Below are positions 13,101 through 26,371 of a stretch of DNA of 64,000 nucleotides, in pieces. Every line of letters starts with the position of its first letter. Position 1 is the first letter of the stretch. The translations under genes and the position numbers were made by a program. Below the pieces are notes generated by a model, which ran no database searches, was not told where the DNA came from, and saw only the letters and a list, made by a program, of their open reading frames with translations. This DNA comes from Botryllus schlosseri (Eukaryota), in contig CM119379.1 of NCBI GenBank assembly GCA_051294905.1, positions 15,934,001 through 15,998,000 on the forward strand, read 5' to 3'.

Positions 13101-16100
13101 AAGTAGTGATATTCAACTTGTTAATCTCGACATCTATGTGTATCTCCTTCGTGCTATCCCTGGATGCTGAGCGCCTAGCAGGATAGCAGCGGATACCAGT
13201 TTTCGAGTCTTTGGTCTGACCCGGCCGGGGATTGAACCCACGACCTACCGATCAAGAAGTGAATAACTCAACAGTAACAAGTGTAAAAACGGAGAGACAT
13301 TCAATATAGCGAGTGTCATAATATCAGTGTATTCAAAATAGTGAGGTTAGGGGTCCGGTCAGCTTGTATTTGGGTTTTATGTAAGTTCGGGTTACTTTTG
13401 ATTGGTCACTATCATGGCGCTTGGGATGCTGAGTGCCACGCTGTAATGTATGACGCTATTTTCAATGAATCGCTGTCGTTATTTTTTAATGCGACATCTT
13501 TTCAAATAAGAACATCTCTGGATCTCTAGTGTTACGTGAATATGTTTGCAATCCTTTTGTGTATTCAGATGCAAAGTCTGGTGAGGGCATCTTTCCGATT
13601 TATTTGTATCGAGCATCCGGTTGCGGTATTGTAATTATGGAGGTTGGATTCGTCGGTATGAATTTATCGTTGAAGGTCAGTCGCTTTGACTTATTGCTGT
13701 ATCATTCAACAGACTTCGTACTGTTTCTCACTTATCTACCTTTCCGATCAAATCCAACTTGATAAATCATACTCATGTACATATGTATATATTTTCCAGC
13801 TGCACGTGATCGAAGCTATGAAATTCCTCCATCAATATGACAGTAAGCAACAGATGAACGTCCGTTTCATAAACGAATACGAACACCTCAAGGTAGGCAG
13901 ACATATAACAAGATGACGATTCCAAAATATGTTCGTCTTTCCATTTCGCGACCTTACTCGTGTTTCAAATCATCTAGGAATTAACCCACGCCCACTCGTT
14001 CATGTACGATTTCCACCTGAGGTACATGCAAATGTACATCCAAGGCAGGCAAACCGCAATCGAACCTGGCTACAACTTTCTATCCTTTTTACAAGATTTC
14101 AGCCGCTTTTACGCTACCGTTCCGGGTGAGAAACACATTCATTTTTCACACTTTCCAGTGAAGTGATTTGTGATTGTGTGAATATATCGCACGTTTTAAG
14201 CAGTCTAGTTTACCGTGCGATGCTCATTTTGCACCCACACAGCCAGAGACGAGAAGTAGAAGTAATGTCATAAATTTCTTGTCAAGTACGAGTAGCATTT
14301 CTAACATATCTTAATACTGCTTTAAGTACACATAGAGAATGAACGTTTGAAATGTACTCGATTATGTAATTTCATAAAGTAGGTTTTGTGGAAATGCTAA
14401 ATCAAAGGTGGGGGGACTTTTGGAATTGCAACGTGCATCTTCTTTACCAACGCAAAATGACTAATTCGAATTGGTGTGATTTTCCAAAGTACATTCAATT
14501 ACCCGTGATTCCTAAGCTATTTCACTCTGTTCGGAAAGTGATGGAAACATATTGTAATTAAAAACACTTCCGATATTGCAAAGTCAAAAATCAAATAGTT
14601 TTGCCTAAAAAACTGTTGAGCGAAATTGGGCAAATAGTACCGGAGAACTCTAAAAAGTAAAAGTGCTGACCAATTCTGCACACGAAATTGACATCGCGAT
14701 AGTCTATGTCGGTGACAAAATGTGGTTGGTACATCGCGGCCATGTGATTACAGATTGCGTCGTCAATTCCCTCTATTGCGGAGAAATGTCAGCCAAGTGC
14801 TCGCACGTGTCACCGGAGAAACTGTACGATTATCTCAAGAAAGAGGCCGAAAATCTGGGAATGAAAGCGCTGAAACTCACGCAGGACAAGGAAGACGGCT
14901 GCGAGCATGCGTTGGTAAGAATGTGAATCCGATCAAAGACCTGATCAGTGAAACTGGTCTCTGTGGCTTCCCCGCATGAAGGGGTGGTGCATGACTAGCA
15001 CAGATCGTGTGTATGTATATCATGAGTCGGTGCATAGGCGCCGACTTTTATTTTAACATGCGGTGGCCAGATGAAAAACGGGAGGGGTTGAAATTGTTTC
15101 AAATTTACAAAGTAAGCATCCATTTATTGCGGTTAAGTACATGCGTAAATGCCCATGATACATGGATAGGACAAGCTTCATCGTGTTGACGAATTTACAC
15201 GTACTACACGTAGAAGTATGCGTAAGCTTGCCAGCGAGTCCAGCGGCTAATAAGCGTTTCCTCGATCTTGCTTCAGTATCAACCATCAACAATTGAATAC
15301 GCAACCTCGGTGACGACGAACTATTTCACAAATTAATATGATTGAAGTCTGCTGTGAAATCTGTACTGCAATGGTACCGATTTCAGGTGATTCAGACCTG
15401 TCGTATCTTTTGATAACTCGGCCTTAACACACTTCTTCTGATGTTTTAGTGTTAGCGCTAATCAATTACGTCCGTTCGAGTCTGTTCGTGGCCAATTGCG
15501 CATATTCAAAGTTATTCAATTTCACACTGTCTTAAGCCAGTATGACATAACAATCGCTTAAGTAGAGATAGCAGGCAAATCATGTGAGGCCTGTAGCAGA
15601 CGCTATAGTTTAGGCCAGCGATGTTATCGCATGTGCCAGTCCTGCCGTAGACTCGATAGTTCAGACTGGTAACGATATCAGGCCTAGCCTGGTGCACGTG
15701 ATCGTTCATGCCAGCTATTATAGCGTGCAGGCCTGCATGCCGACGCGCTTAATCAAACAAGCGACGATAGCGTACATCATATGTCAACGACCCATTTCGC
15801 ATACAAATGATTCTCGCTAATTTGGAGTAGGCATCACCGATAATACGAATTAGTGAATTGGCATTTCAAAAGGACGGAATTTCTAGTTTTACAAGAGAAA
15901 CTCCCTGGCTACACACCTAGGGTTTAAATACCGACCACGCGCTGGTTAATATCAGCCCGGGGCCTACAGCCTACGTAGGCCCCGAACAGCCAGTCGAATT
16001 TGATCGTAAAATGGTGCGATTTTGATTATCCAGGTGTTATTGCAGCAAGAGCAATATGGGCGCATGTCGCAACATTATCAATAGAAATACAAATCCCAGC

Positions 16101-19100
16101 GGTTTGAAATTCGCTCCGCGATATTGTTGCGCTCGATAGAGTCCGTGCAGCGATGAAGTTTATTGGAACATAGTAGGTTCCCGTTCAAACTAATCGGATA
16201 AATTCAGAATTTATGTCACCGAGAATCTCGTGTTGCATCAATATATGACAACGTAATTCAACGCCGTGCACTTTACAATGCACAGTATTGAAAACACTGA
16301 CAAGTGACATGGAGGGAATACGAGTGTATAAAGCAGACAAGAATTAGTAGCCTACAGGTGATAGCAAACGAGAAAGCGCGCATGTAATCAGTAATTCCTC
16401 AACTTGCTAACAGCACAATGGGGTTCCGACTCTGGCATCGCGACAATTGTTTGCTCATCATAACGATGTTTCATCTGCATAGCTGCATTTCCCGATAGAA
16501 GTTGAAAAAGCCTCGTTAGAGTAATGAATAAGCGCACTTTGTGCAGAAATGACTTTCAATTCGCAGTCATACACAAACACACTGTCCTATTTCGCGATCA
16601 AGCCTCCAATTAAAGAGACTATCACGAAACTAACTCAAAAATTATTTTGTAAACGAATATAGGCGCAATGCAATTTAAAGGGGCGCTGCACTCTAAAAAT
16701 GATGTGGTCTCAAATTGAAGGGCAAAACGAAATAAAAATTTTGGCCGCAGCCGTTTTCTTCAGAACGCCACCTTAATTGAGCTGCAATTTATTGAAATTT
16801 CGATAGCAACTTCACGCTCCAGCAGTCACGCAGAGATCGAACTTTATCTGGTTGTCAGCCGATGTTATGAAGGCAATATGTCGTACACGACAAGGTGGTT
16901 TAGATACCGCGTTCAACGGAAGATGTTCAGTCAGGAGATTTATGTCAAAATCGGGCCTAGTGTATTCTATTTCTTTAGGACATAGGGCGTGTACGACATA
17001 TTTCTGTCATATCATCGGCTGACAACTATATAAAGTTCGATCTCTGCATGACTGCTGGAGCGGGAAGTTGCTATCGAAATTTCAATAAATTGCAGCTCCA
17101 TTACGGTAGTGTTCTGAAGAAAACGGCTGCGGCCAAAATTTTTATTTCATTTTGCCCTTCAATTTGAGACCACATCATTTTTAGAGTGCGGTGCCCCTTT
17201 AATAAAGTGAAGGAGAACGTGAATTCGCTTTTAAGGGGCATTTTAAGCACTAATTTGTTGTCGCCGACGAAGCTGCATATTTAATTATTCGCGTGCATAT
17301 CGGTTAATGGTAAATAGTCGGCATTTATGCGATATCACGAACTAGCTAATTGAAAGCGCTGATGATCTCGTTGGGCTGATGTTGTATCGGATTCACCAGA
17401 CAATAGAAATATACAAAAATTTGAAATCGCAGACGGCGTTTAAGCATTTTGTATGGGGTGGCCGCCACCCCGTGACTCGGCGCCTAGGACAAAAATACAA
17501 CGTCTTATTCCTGTGTTTTTTTATTCGCATTCTTTTTGTGCTGTCGCAGGTGTCTTCACATTTGGGCTTTGATAAATCCCACACGCTTTCGTGCAACGTG
17601 GAGGAGCATGACGCTTACGACAGCGGTTACGTGATATGGCTCGATGCGAAGTCACAGGAACACAAGAAAATCAAGCTCAAGTTCTTTCTGATCTTTACCA
17701 ATAGAAAACACGTCTTCCCGAGGCTCGACAGACGCGGTAAGAGCGAATAGTTTGTACTTTTTATTGGACAAAGGGAGGACGAGGTGCAGCATGGGCTTCG
17801 GATATTTACTGAGGTGGTCAGTAATGTACTTGTACTTGTACTTTTTTAGAGTACCCAAATAAGTTTTTCCTACTTGCGGTACTTGCTCAAGTGGTTGTTT
17901 TTTTTTTAGACTAATTCCACGGTTTATAGACACAGCTACTTACTTTTCACACTAAAAATTTCATCTGGATGGTCTATTACAGAGACTGATTACTGAAATT
18001 AAGCCGACGACATCACGAGTTTCACCCATAGATATATACCACTGATTTCAAATATCAGCTCTGTGATTCTCAGCTCGTATCTTCCAGACGAAATCTCGCC
18101 GAAAATATTCCCGCTGCTTCGCGCTCCGACCAACGTCACCCCACAAGCCGCAAAGTCAAAAATCTTCGCACAGCAAGGACGCAAGTACTCGACTGAAATG
18201 AAAACCAGCACCTTGCCGCCGGTCAGCAGCGTGTCTCAAATCCAAGGGCTCGAGTCTACCTCGGCGACGGTTTCGACGGCAGCTGCCGTCATGCTAAGTC
18301 AAGGGCGTCGAAAATCAATGCCAAATTTCGGAGCCGCTTTGCAGGATAGCAAAATGAAGCCGCGAAACGTCGTGGCGCAGTTGCTGAAAGCGCAGGACGA
18401 GCAGAACAGCGACTCGACGCACGGTGAGTCTGCAGGCTTGTGTAAAGTACTGAATTTTTGAAATGTGCAACGAGAACTGGAACTGCTCTTCAATACTCGC
18501 AATTAGAACTTCCATTGAATTCTGCCGCTTGCAAACATTCATTGGATAATTCTGTGCGAAAAATTATCGAGACGACAGGTTTCGCGTCGTCAGCAGAGTC
18601 TTTCATTCGTGTGTCTTGGAGCAAACCTAGTTTTTGCCGATAGAAGGAGTTCGTGTACCATCTAAAATAGTACATTGAACTTAAGCGTTCTCTTAGCCCT
18701 GATTATTCAAAATTTCTGCCGGTGATGTCATATTTGGTAATAATATTGTTGATAAACAATGTTCTTTCCGATCCTCTACTAGTTTTTGAGGACCACCCCT
18801 GACGAGTGTCAGCCAAAAATATTCGGGTTTATTTCGGTATGAATATACTCTCCAATTGTAAATTATATTTAATCAAATAGAACGACTACCGATCACATCT
18901 AAACCATAAATTTTGCTTTCTAGAAAGTGAGAACTCCTCGTTTGTGAAATGCGAAAAGAAGAGACTCTCAGATTACCTGGAGGGAATTTGTCAGTCCAGC
19001 GAAATTCAGTGTTACAGAGACCATTTGTGGCAGCTGATTCTTACCGACGTGCCGGTATGATACTTTCATTTTTCGTCGTGAGAACTTGTGATAGTATCAA

Positions 19101-22100
19101 ATCAGATTCTGACGCCTTCCAATCCTAGATCTTAACAGGAGATTGTAATGCATTCTTTCGTACTAGTGTCCTGCTTAGGATTCAGTGTAGCCATAGTAAT
19201 TGAGGTCACCACTGTAGCTGAAGTAGAATCGTTTATCATATAATGTAAAAGCGTTGAAAAAGCCGACGAACTTTCCGTATTCTAGTAAACTTGGTAGGTG
19301 TTTGATGCAATTGAATTTATGGCAGGGCGTTTGCTATAACTTGTTTTATAGTAAGATCGGCGCAGTTTGTGACTCCGAGCATTGCTGATGTCTATTTGAT
19401 ACAACCGGCAATCTTTAATATCAATTATCGAAATTATTATCTAGTAATTAGATCCTTCGTGCTTTCAAGCATTTCCTGGCAGGAAAGGTGTGCACTTGAT
19501 AGAATTGCGCTATTTGTAGCATTTATGCTTGGGGTAGCCAACTCAAACCGGGTCGCTGGTCAATTTTCGTATAGGCCGCGGGCCGCATGTTTTCAAAACT
19601 TTATATCAGAACAACGCTGTGCTATCTAACATGAGCTAGGGGCATAATCACCACAAAAGAAATAATATTTTAAAATAGAAATACAACAAAATATCATAAT
19701 CATCACTGCACACAATACTTGACGACACTTTTCCACGACTAACGACTCGATAGTGGGGTTAGCTATACATGCGGCGCTTGCTAAAAATCTACCTCCTCGT
19801 AAAGCTTGATCGTGTGGGAGAGCACCAAGTTGATTTTAAGCGTCTCGGTCTTGGCAGTTTATGGGCTGTTGCACTTCAAGGCAATATGCCCAATAGGGTT
19901 GTTCAAAAAAAACTTTTTTTTCCAAATCTCACTCGCTTGGTGACTAAATCGTCAGGTTGTCTAAGAAAACGATGCACATCAAATTCGAGTCAATTGCAAC
20001 CAGTAAAGGCCGTGCAATCTTGAATTGAAATTTTTAATTTATTAGTAAAAATTAAAAAAAAAAATGTCAAAATTTTCTGTCAACCTTATGAAATTGTTGG
20101 GTTGTCTTCAAATACGATGCAAAACAAATTTGACTTAATTCCGACTAGTAGGAGCGGAGTTATCTGAGTTTTCGTTGATAATTCTCGCATTATTCTTGAT
20201 CCGGGGATTATCAACGAAAAACTCAAATAACTCCGCTTCTACTAGTTGGAATTGACTCAAATTTGTTTTGCGTGGTCTTTGAAAAATTTGAATTTTTTTT
20301 TTTTTTTAATTTTTACTGATAAATTATCAATTTCAATTCAAGATTGCACGGCCTTTACTGGTTGGAATTGACTCAAATTTGGTGTGCATCGTTTTCTTAG
20401 ACAACCTGACGATTTAGTCACCAAGCGAGTGAGATTTGGAAAGAAAAGTTTTTTTTGAACAACCCTAATGCCCAATTGCCCATTCATATCATACCAGGTT
20501 TATAATGACTCGAGTCATTTTCTAAAAAATGAAAAATGACTCGACTTGAGTCAATTTGTGTATTGACTCGACTTGGGCTCGAGTCATTGTGCATGACTCG
20601 GAGCAAGTCATATGACTGGAGACTGGGTAACCAAGACGAGCATTTCATTGTAATTTCGAAGAATAGTAAAGTTATCACACTAGTGATATTTGGTCTATCG
20701 GTACTGGTACTTGAAAATGCTACCAGAAACTGGTCAAAGTGAGGAAAATTAGCATATTACGAATGCGAAGCTTTCGATATCGCTGAGCAGACCTGTAAAA
20801 AGTGGGTTTCACATGACATTAACTGGGAACTGAACAGTCAACATAATGACTTGGACTCGGACTCGAGTCAAAATACTGTGACTCGGACTCGACACTCTTA
20901 TCCGTGACTTGGACTCGGACTTGACTCGGTGGTGAATTGAAAATGACTCGACTTGACTCGAGTCTTTGACTATAAAAGTGAGATTGACTTGTGACTGGGA
21001 ACCTTGTGACTCGGTTACAGCCCTGTATCATACCATCGTCGAAACCGTATCAGCTAATGTGGAATAGCGATGTTAGGTACAGGAGAATAGCAACAACAAT
21101 ATTGTTAAATTGAAATCAATTTCAGCATTTCGAAATGCTTTATTAAGATTTTTTCCGAAATCTCAAATCAGATCGTGACCCCTGATTCATACCAATGTTT
21201 TCAGAACATCATCCTTGATTCTGCCTTGGATTTATTGAAACAGTTTCCGCCACCACTAGGGTGAACACATGATTCGACTCCAACATGATAATTGTAATGG
21301 TTCGAGTTGAGTAGTGAGGAACGATTTTGATTTTTCTAGTATTGGTACTATACGCCCCTTCCCATTAAAAGTTGCATTATTTCAGAGAATTATAGTTTTT
21401 AATGTTTTTTTTCCCAACGCCTTGAGACCTCGATTGATCGTATCACAGGATACAAAACATGTTGCACAAAACTACGCACGTTAGCGGACATTACATTTTT
21501 AGGAAGTCGTGATCAACCCACAGCGTTGTCACAAAGTCTAATAAGTAGGTATGGTCGAAAAAACACCATATTATCTTTATTATGATGTAGAGATGGCATT
21601 CTATTCTTTATGGTCACAAAAAGGTGCATAACTGTACTTGCAATATCATCGATACCCTCATGTTATCATATTGTGTGATACTCGAATACCCATCTCGAAT
21701 CCTAATACTCGATTTAGCCCAGAATGTTTTTCATTCAACTTTTCGTCTAACATTTCCGCTCTACATACAGTTGCAGAACCAGCCGTCGTTGCTGACCATC
21801 GAAGATTTCGAACACCTGCTGAAGCACTGTCAGAAAATACCTCTCGAAAATCTGGACAAGCGCGGGGCGGTGCTTTGCGACACGGCGGCGATGGGCGTGC
21901 CATGGGCGCTGACCGTGCAGAAGCTTCTTCTGGCGAAATTCAAGGATCACGGAAGATACTTCATCAATGCTAGCGAGACAAAGAAATATCTGGTATGGGT
22001 TATTCTAGGGTCGTCGTTATCTCCTGTGTATCAGAGATCTGAATCACGGAGAAATTATGTGTTATCACTGGCGTTGCTACTCCAATAGAAGTAAAAGTAA

Positions 22101-23451
22101 CGCTGTGAATTTCTACTTGATTATGAGTAGACTTGGAGTATCGAAGACATGTCAAAACTGTTGTTCCCAAAAGTAGATTTCGTAGAAGGGTCGCATACTT
22201 TAGCGATTAATCGAAGTTGGCTAGTTTCTAGATTGCAAGATGTATCTTCGTGACTGACACAAAAAACGAATGATACCCCAAATAGATATTCTTCGAAAAT
22301 ACATTCAATTACCGTGATACGGGAGCTATTTCATGAGGCTCTTGCGTCAATCTCACTCATTGTGATACTAACTACTACTACTACTGATACTAACTACTAG
22401 TCTATTTTATACTTTTCAAAGTTAAAATTTTGGAAAGTACTTTTAGTAATAAGCAGAAGTGAAAGTAGTCTAAACACATAACCACTTCAACGGACTCTTA
22501 AGATTCAGTCACTATGCCGAACTGCAAAATTTATATAGGAACTATACCCTTTACAATCTGGCCTGATGTAATTGCTCTAAACCTCTGTTTGGAATGATAT
22601 GTTTTTCTATTCTACTACGTGACGAATAGAATATTGAAATCCAATTGCAAAATAACTTGTGCGATTAAGGTATCTTTCCGACATATTTAGAGTGTAGTGA
22701 ATCCGAAGCTGACTGCTATGCTTTTCCTTGTCGCCGTAGAAACGGACAAAACGGAAATAGTAAGTATCTTATAATTGCTGACAGCCTTTAGTAGCTACAC
22801 TGACAATGTCAATTTTGTCTCCATCGCTTGTTGGTAGTAGAGGTACTAATGTGATTACTTAACTTTGTTATCGTGCGAATGAGAGTGACAATCTATGTAA
22901 ATGAAATACGCATGTTATGCGAGACATTAGCAAAACCATGGGAAATATGAACCACAATGCTGCGTGAGATAATAATGCAATGCTAGCTTTTACTGGTATT
23001 ACTTGTATCATATTTTTGTATTCGCTTTGGAAAGAGAAGGCCGACAACTCTCTAATGTCCGGAGGTTTATTTTTCTAAATAATTGGTCCTCAAATATATT
23101 AAGCTTATGTTTTGATAGGTCACCTAATTCTATGTTCATATCTGCTGAAGTTCATGAAATTGTCTGCCTGAGTGGATATTGCATTTCCATTTGACTATGT
23201 GAACGTAGTTTGATTCTGTTTATCGACAATATTTTCCAGCGAAGATAGAGATGCCGCCGTCTCTAATCAGCTTTTCAACATTTTGTTTTCAGGGCATGTT
23301 TGCAATCCTTCGAGATAAGATCGCGGAATTGGATGTGGAAAATCCGGACATATCTCTGAGCGGCAATCCAATCATTGACGGCTTGAGGACTTTCTTGAAT
23401 AATGTACTGGAATTAATATCCTTCCAGACTTGGACTTCTTTATTTTCCTGA
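1128..23451 (+). CDS. SZT2: SZT2 (KICSTOR complex subunit), 3' part of a multi-exon gene; 5' exons lie upstream of the window
   Basis: Phase-consistent exons: 1128-1306 (or -1255; least certain), 4183-4304, 4448-4585, 4893-4987, 5399-5472, 6770-6961, 7132-7281, 7681-7791, 8690-8822, 10456-10554, 10798-10999, 11615-11708, 11774-11864, 12891-13008, 13569-13675, 13800-13892, 13978-14125, 14754-14914, 17550-17736, 18088-18423, 18924-19054, 21771-21992, 22691-22759, 23293-23451 (TGA). Peptides recognised from memory as the SZT2 C-terminus: SRQQFVMICV..KLWGYNVTND, NCLTFQKLGLFRH, HAHSFMYDFHLR, IKLKFFLIFTNRKHVFPRL, FLNNVLELISFQTWTSLFS*. Confidence 0.9.
2021..2090. repeat. Perfect 35-bp tandem duplication (2 copies)
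   Basis: actcaaatatcctgctgaactgtaataaactaata at 2021-2055 and 2056-2090, with no spacer. Confidence 0.95.
3905..4028 (-). mobile_element. tRNA-derived SINE, family A copy 1
   Basis: The minus strand has an A box TAGCACAATGG and B box GGTTCAATCCC but no cloverleaf end. Homologous to 13166-13260 and 62246-62362. Confidence 0.75.
5595..6454. mobile_element. hAT-type MITE (GTCAAA-motif family)
   Basis: Termini TAGGGTGACTTTT / AAAATTGCCCTA, perfect 8-bp TSD ctaataag (5587-5594, 6455-6462), subterminal gtcaaa arrays. A second copy is at 44189-44704. Confidence 0.9.
8831..9744. mobile_element. hAT-type MITE (GACTCGA/GACTTGA-motif family) inserted at an SZT2 splice donor
   Basis: 12-bp TIR CAGTGTTGGGAT / ATCCCAACACTG, perfect TSD gtatgtac (8823-8830, 9745-9752), dense gactcgagtc/gacttgac subterminal repeats. 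Confidence 0.93.
12313..12786. mobile_element. hAT-type MITE (GACTCGA family), older copy
   Basis: Imperfect TIR CAGGGTTAT / TTCAATCCTG, 6/8 TSD (atcactgc / accaatgc), same subterminal motif. Confidence 0.8.
13166..13260 (-). mobile_element. tRNA-derived SINE, family A copy 2 (5'-truncated)
   Basis: gctgagcgcctagcaggatagc..gagtctttggtctgacccggccggggattgaacccacgacctaccga is shared with the 3905 and 62246 copies. Confidence 0.75.
16679..17198. mobile_element. Foldback MITE with TTAA TSD (Kolobok/T2-like)
   Basis: TTAA|AGGGGC..GCCCCT|TTAA ends, with roughly 200-bp inverted arms (16679-~16890 vs ~16990-17198). Confidence 0.85.
19894..20467. mobile_element. Foldback hAT-type MITE, nearly full-length palindrome
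   Basis: TIR TAGGGTTGTTCAAAAAAACTTTT, perfect TSD atgcccaa (19886-19893, 20468-20475), arms about 280 bp around a loop at about 20183-20206. Confidence 0.92.
20495..21025. mobile_element. hAT-type MITE (GACTCGA family)
   Basis: Termini CAGGTTTATAA / TTACAGCCCTG, perfect TSD tatcatac (20487-20494, 21026-21033). Confidence 0.9.
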
Positions 23452-23586
23452 TAACGTTGCGGATTTTACTTGTTGATAAATATTTCGAATACATTGTTTA
23501 TAAATCGTGATTTTCTCGGTAGACTACATTGATTTCAGGAGCAGGATTTGTCAGCAGGGTGGCCTGGAATTCGTTAAAATTTTACC

Positions 23587-23592
23587 AATAAA
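23587..23592 (+). promoter_or_regulatory. Candidate SZT2 polyadenylation signal
   Basis: AATAAA about 135 nt after the SZT2 stop codon. Confidence 0.5.
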
Positions 23593-24518
23593 GTGTAAAA
23601 AGTCAATCCTTCAGTCACAAATACTATCGGCTGTCTTTGAAATTCCAGACCAGTAAATACATACCGCTTTGCTCTCATAGACGCCCTAATACTAGTATCG
23701 AGTTGACCGTAACGGCGTAACGTAGTCAGCAAAGACATTTCTTGAGCGGTACAATACCGCGGCATCATAAGATCGTATTTAGATGTCATGTCATGCTATG
23801 TACAAATAGATGCCACATCTTTGCCATCTTTTTCTGATAGTTGACTTGTTTCGCTGATACCTCCAAAGATAGCCTGAAGTACACATAAATAGGAGTCGGT
23901 TTGTTTTTCTTTGCTTTGCTTAAACGTGCGCTCTATCTTAGTTCTACATAAAGCCATTCACTCGTAAGAAACTGGCAGAATTTTCTATGTGATTGACTGT
24001 TGCGGTGCTGTTAAAATCGTGGCGGTAGGCGAAATGTGACCATGGAGGTAATTTTAAGTGACCCGCGAAAGTCTGATCTGAAAATTTTTAGATGAAATTC
24101 GCAACGTGAGCACATGTATATAAGCTTCACATTAATTGCAGAATTCCCTCGGATACAACCTCATGAAGTTTAATCGGAAGGAAATTACGGTGATGCTCCG
24201 TGACAAGATTGCCCCTAGCGAAAGTGTTTCAACATTAGTGATAAAGTCATTGTCTAATTTTCGTTAGGCCTACCATTATGCTGAATTGATGATGTGGTCG
24301 GAGGCTAAAGTCGCCAATACTGTACCGAGGCTACGTAGCGCCGCGAGGTTACTTTCAAAATGTTTTACGGTTTTTACAACAGTAACTGGGAAACCGGCGT
24401 CGAATTTCGCGTTACTGGATCTGCTCGTACCTCCATTGTTTTCGCGGCTCAAAAAACCCGCAGGGTATATAGATAGGTCTAATGCAGAAGGCGTAGAATA
24501 GCCTACTGCTAATTGCGC

Positions 24519-26139
24519 ATGGCTGTAAGAAATCGGTGGACTATGTTGCTGAAGCTGCGCAGAATTTATAATAATATGCGCAATAAAATAGGGCGTCAGA
24601 ACAAAGGAATTACTTTCTTACTTGGTGCATGCCTTTCTCTATATTTTATACGAGGCGTATATTATGATAGTCGAGCGAGAAAGTCACGACCATTCTTCAA
24701 AGAGACTGTGAACACATCATTATGGAGGGTTTACTCAAGTGAAATTCAAGAGCCATTTGCTGCGAGCTATAAAGAAATGCCGACAGTCCCTGTGGCTTCA
24801 TTTGACAAGACCTCACATAAAGTAGTTATTATTTATGCGACTAAGCGATCTGGCTCCACCCTAATCGGAGAATTTTTCAACCAAAACAAGCATTGTTTCT
24901 ATTTGTTCGAACCACTTTCTCCATTTTCCCGGGATTGCCATCTACTCCTCGGTGAAAGATTTGATTTCCTTCATCAACTTGTCCAGTGCAATTTTTCATC
25001 GCTGCCGCAAATTTACAAGAATGCTCTTCTTCAATCAAACCACACTGACGTAAACGCTAAATGTCTGCAGAACAATCTTTGCTTCAGCAATAGAAACAAA
25101 TATCTCCTTTTCCGATATGCAGCGGCATGTGGACGAGGAAACAAAACCGCAAGTTTTCACGAGTTGACACGATTTGTTGCTGCTGATCCGACTTGTGGGT
25201 ATCCACTCCGATCTGAAATAGTTTCATCTCTGTGCAATTCTGCCCCATTCGTTGCATACAAAATTATTAGGATGTGTAGTATTCGTGATGTTGTGCCACT
25301 CCTCGCATACCCGAACGTTTACCTGATTCATTTGATGCGAGATCCCAGAGGTATATTGGGTTCAAGGATTGACCTGGACTCAGATGAATTAACGGCTAGA
25401 GATGTGAATTCAGCATCGTTGAAACTCTGCGAAGAAATTGCAGATAGTATCGACTTCATGGACACAAAAGTGAATAGCGGTAAGTTCAAATCATGGCCTC
25501 CTCGTAGTCATTTTCATCATTTTGATTTTGAAAAACAGATGGCAAATCAAGATATTTGCGAGTCAGATACGAAGATATCGCTTTGAACCCATTGTTGCAC
25601 GCTTACATTATGTACAAGTAAGCTCACGTGAAACATATGTATGGCGTATGCTCTGTTCGTTGGTAGTTATGGGGAATAATACAGCGATACGTCTCCGCAA
25701 CCGCGTATTCATGATAGCAATATAGAAATCGATGGCCCTTCGCCAACTGTTCCGCAATTTCTTTTAATTACATATCACTAAATTTTTAGATTCATTGGTC
25801 GAGACTTACCAGGATCGGTGAAATTGTGGATCACAAATTCGTTTCTGTTCGACGGAAAGATGCATAAAAAGGTTCGTAAGCCCGGAATGTCTAATGTGCA
25901 CGAAAGAAGAAACTGACGGTAATATAGCTTCTCTAAATTTTAAGGAATCCAAGGACCCGTACAGCACCGTAAAATTAGTCCAGCAGTCCATTATGTCTTG
26001 GAAAAACAGACTGACCTACGATCAAATATCTCAGATCCAGAGGAATTGCGCGATTGCCATGGAGAAAATGCGATACAACGTTATCACATCTGAAGAACAT
26101 ATGAAACACTGGAACATATCACTGTTAGGTTATACATGA
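24519..26139 (+). CDS. Carbohydrate (GlcNAc/Gal-6-O) sulfotransferase, CHST1/3/5-like, type II Golgi membrane protein, about 438 aa
   Basis: Exons 24519-25479, 25539-25617, 25790-25871, 25945-26139 join in frame. Contains an N-terminal TM (ITFLLGACLSLYFI), the 5'-PAPS motif IIYATKRSGSTLIGEFFNQ..YLFEPL, the 3'-PAPS motif HLMRDPRGILGSR, and YLRVRYEDIALNP. Confidence 0.92.
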
Positions 26140-26371
26140 AATATCATACTTCTGTTTTCCCATGAGATGGCACTGAACTGTATACGATTGCTCCGGGCGA
26201 GGAGTTTTATTTCATATTCCTATCACCGCTTCCCGCGTCACCTTATCGTAAAAAAGCCTGATTTGAGACTACCATTGTCTCGTGGCTGCTGTTATTCGAT
26301 CTCGCCCGTCATTCAGTCCGCGATTCGCTGTCTTGTGATAAAATAAGAGGAAGTCTTTTAGCTGTCGTATT

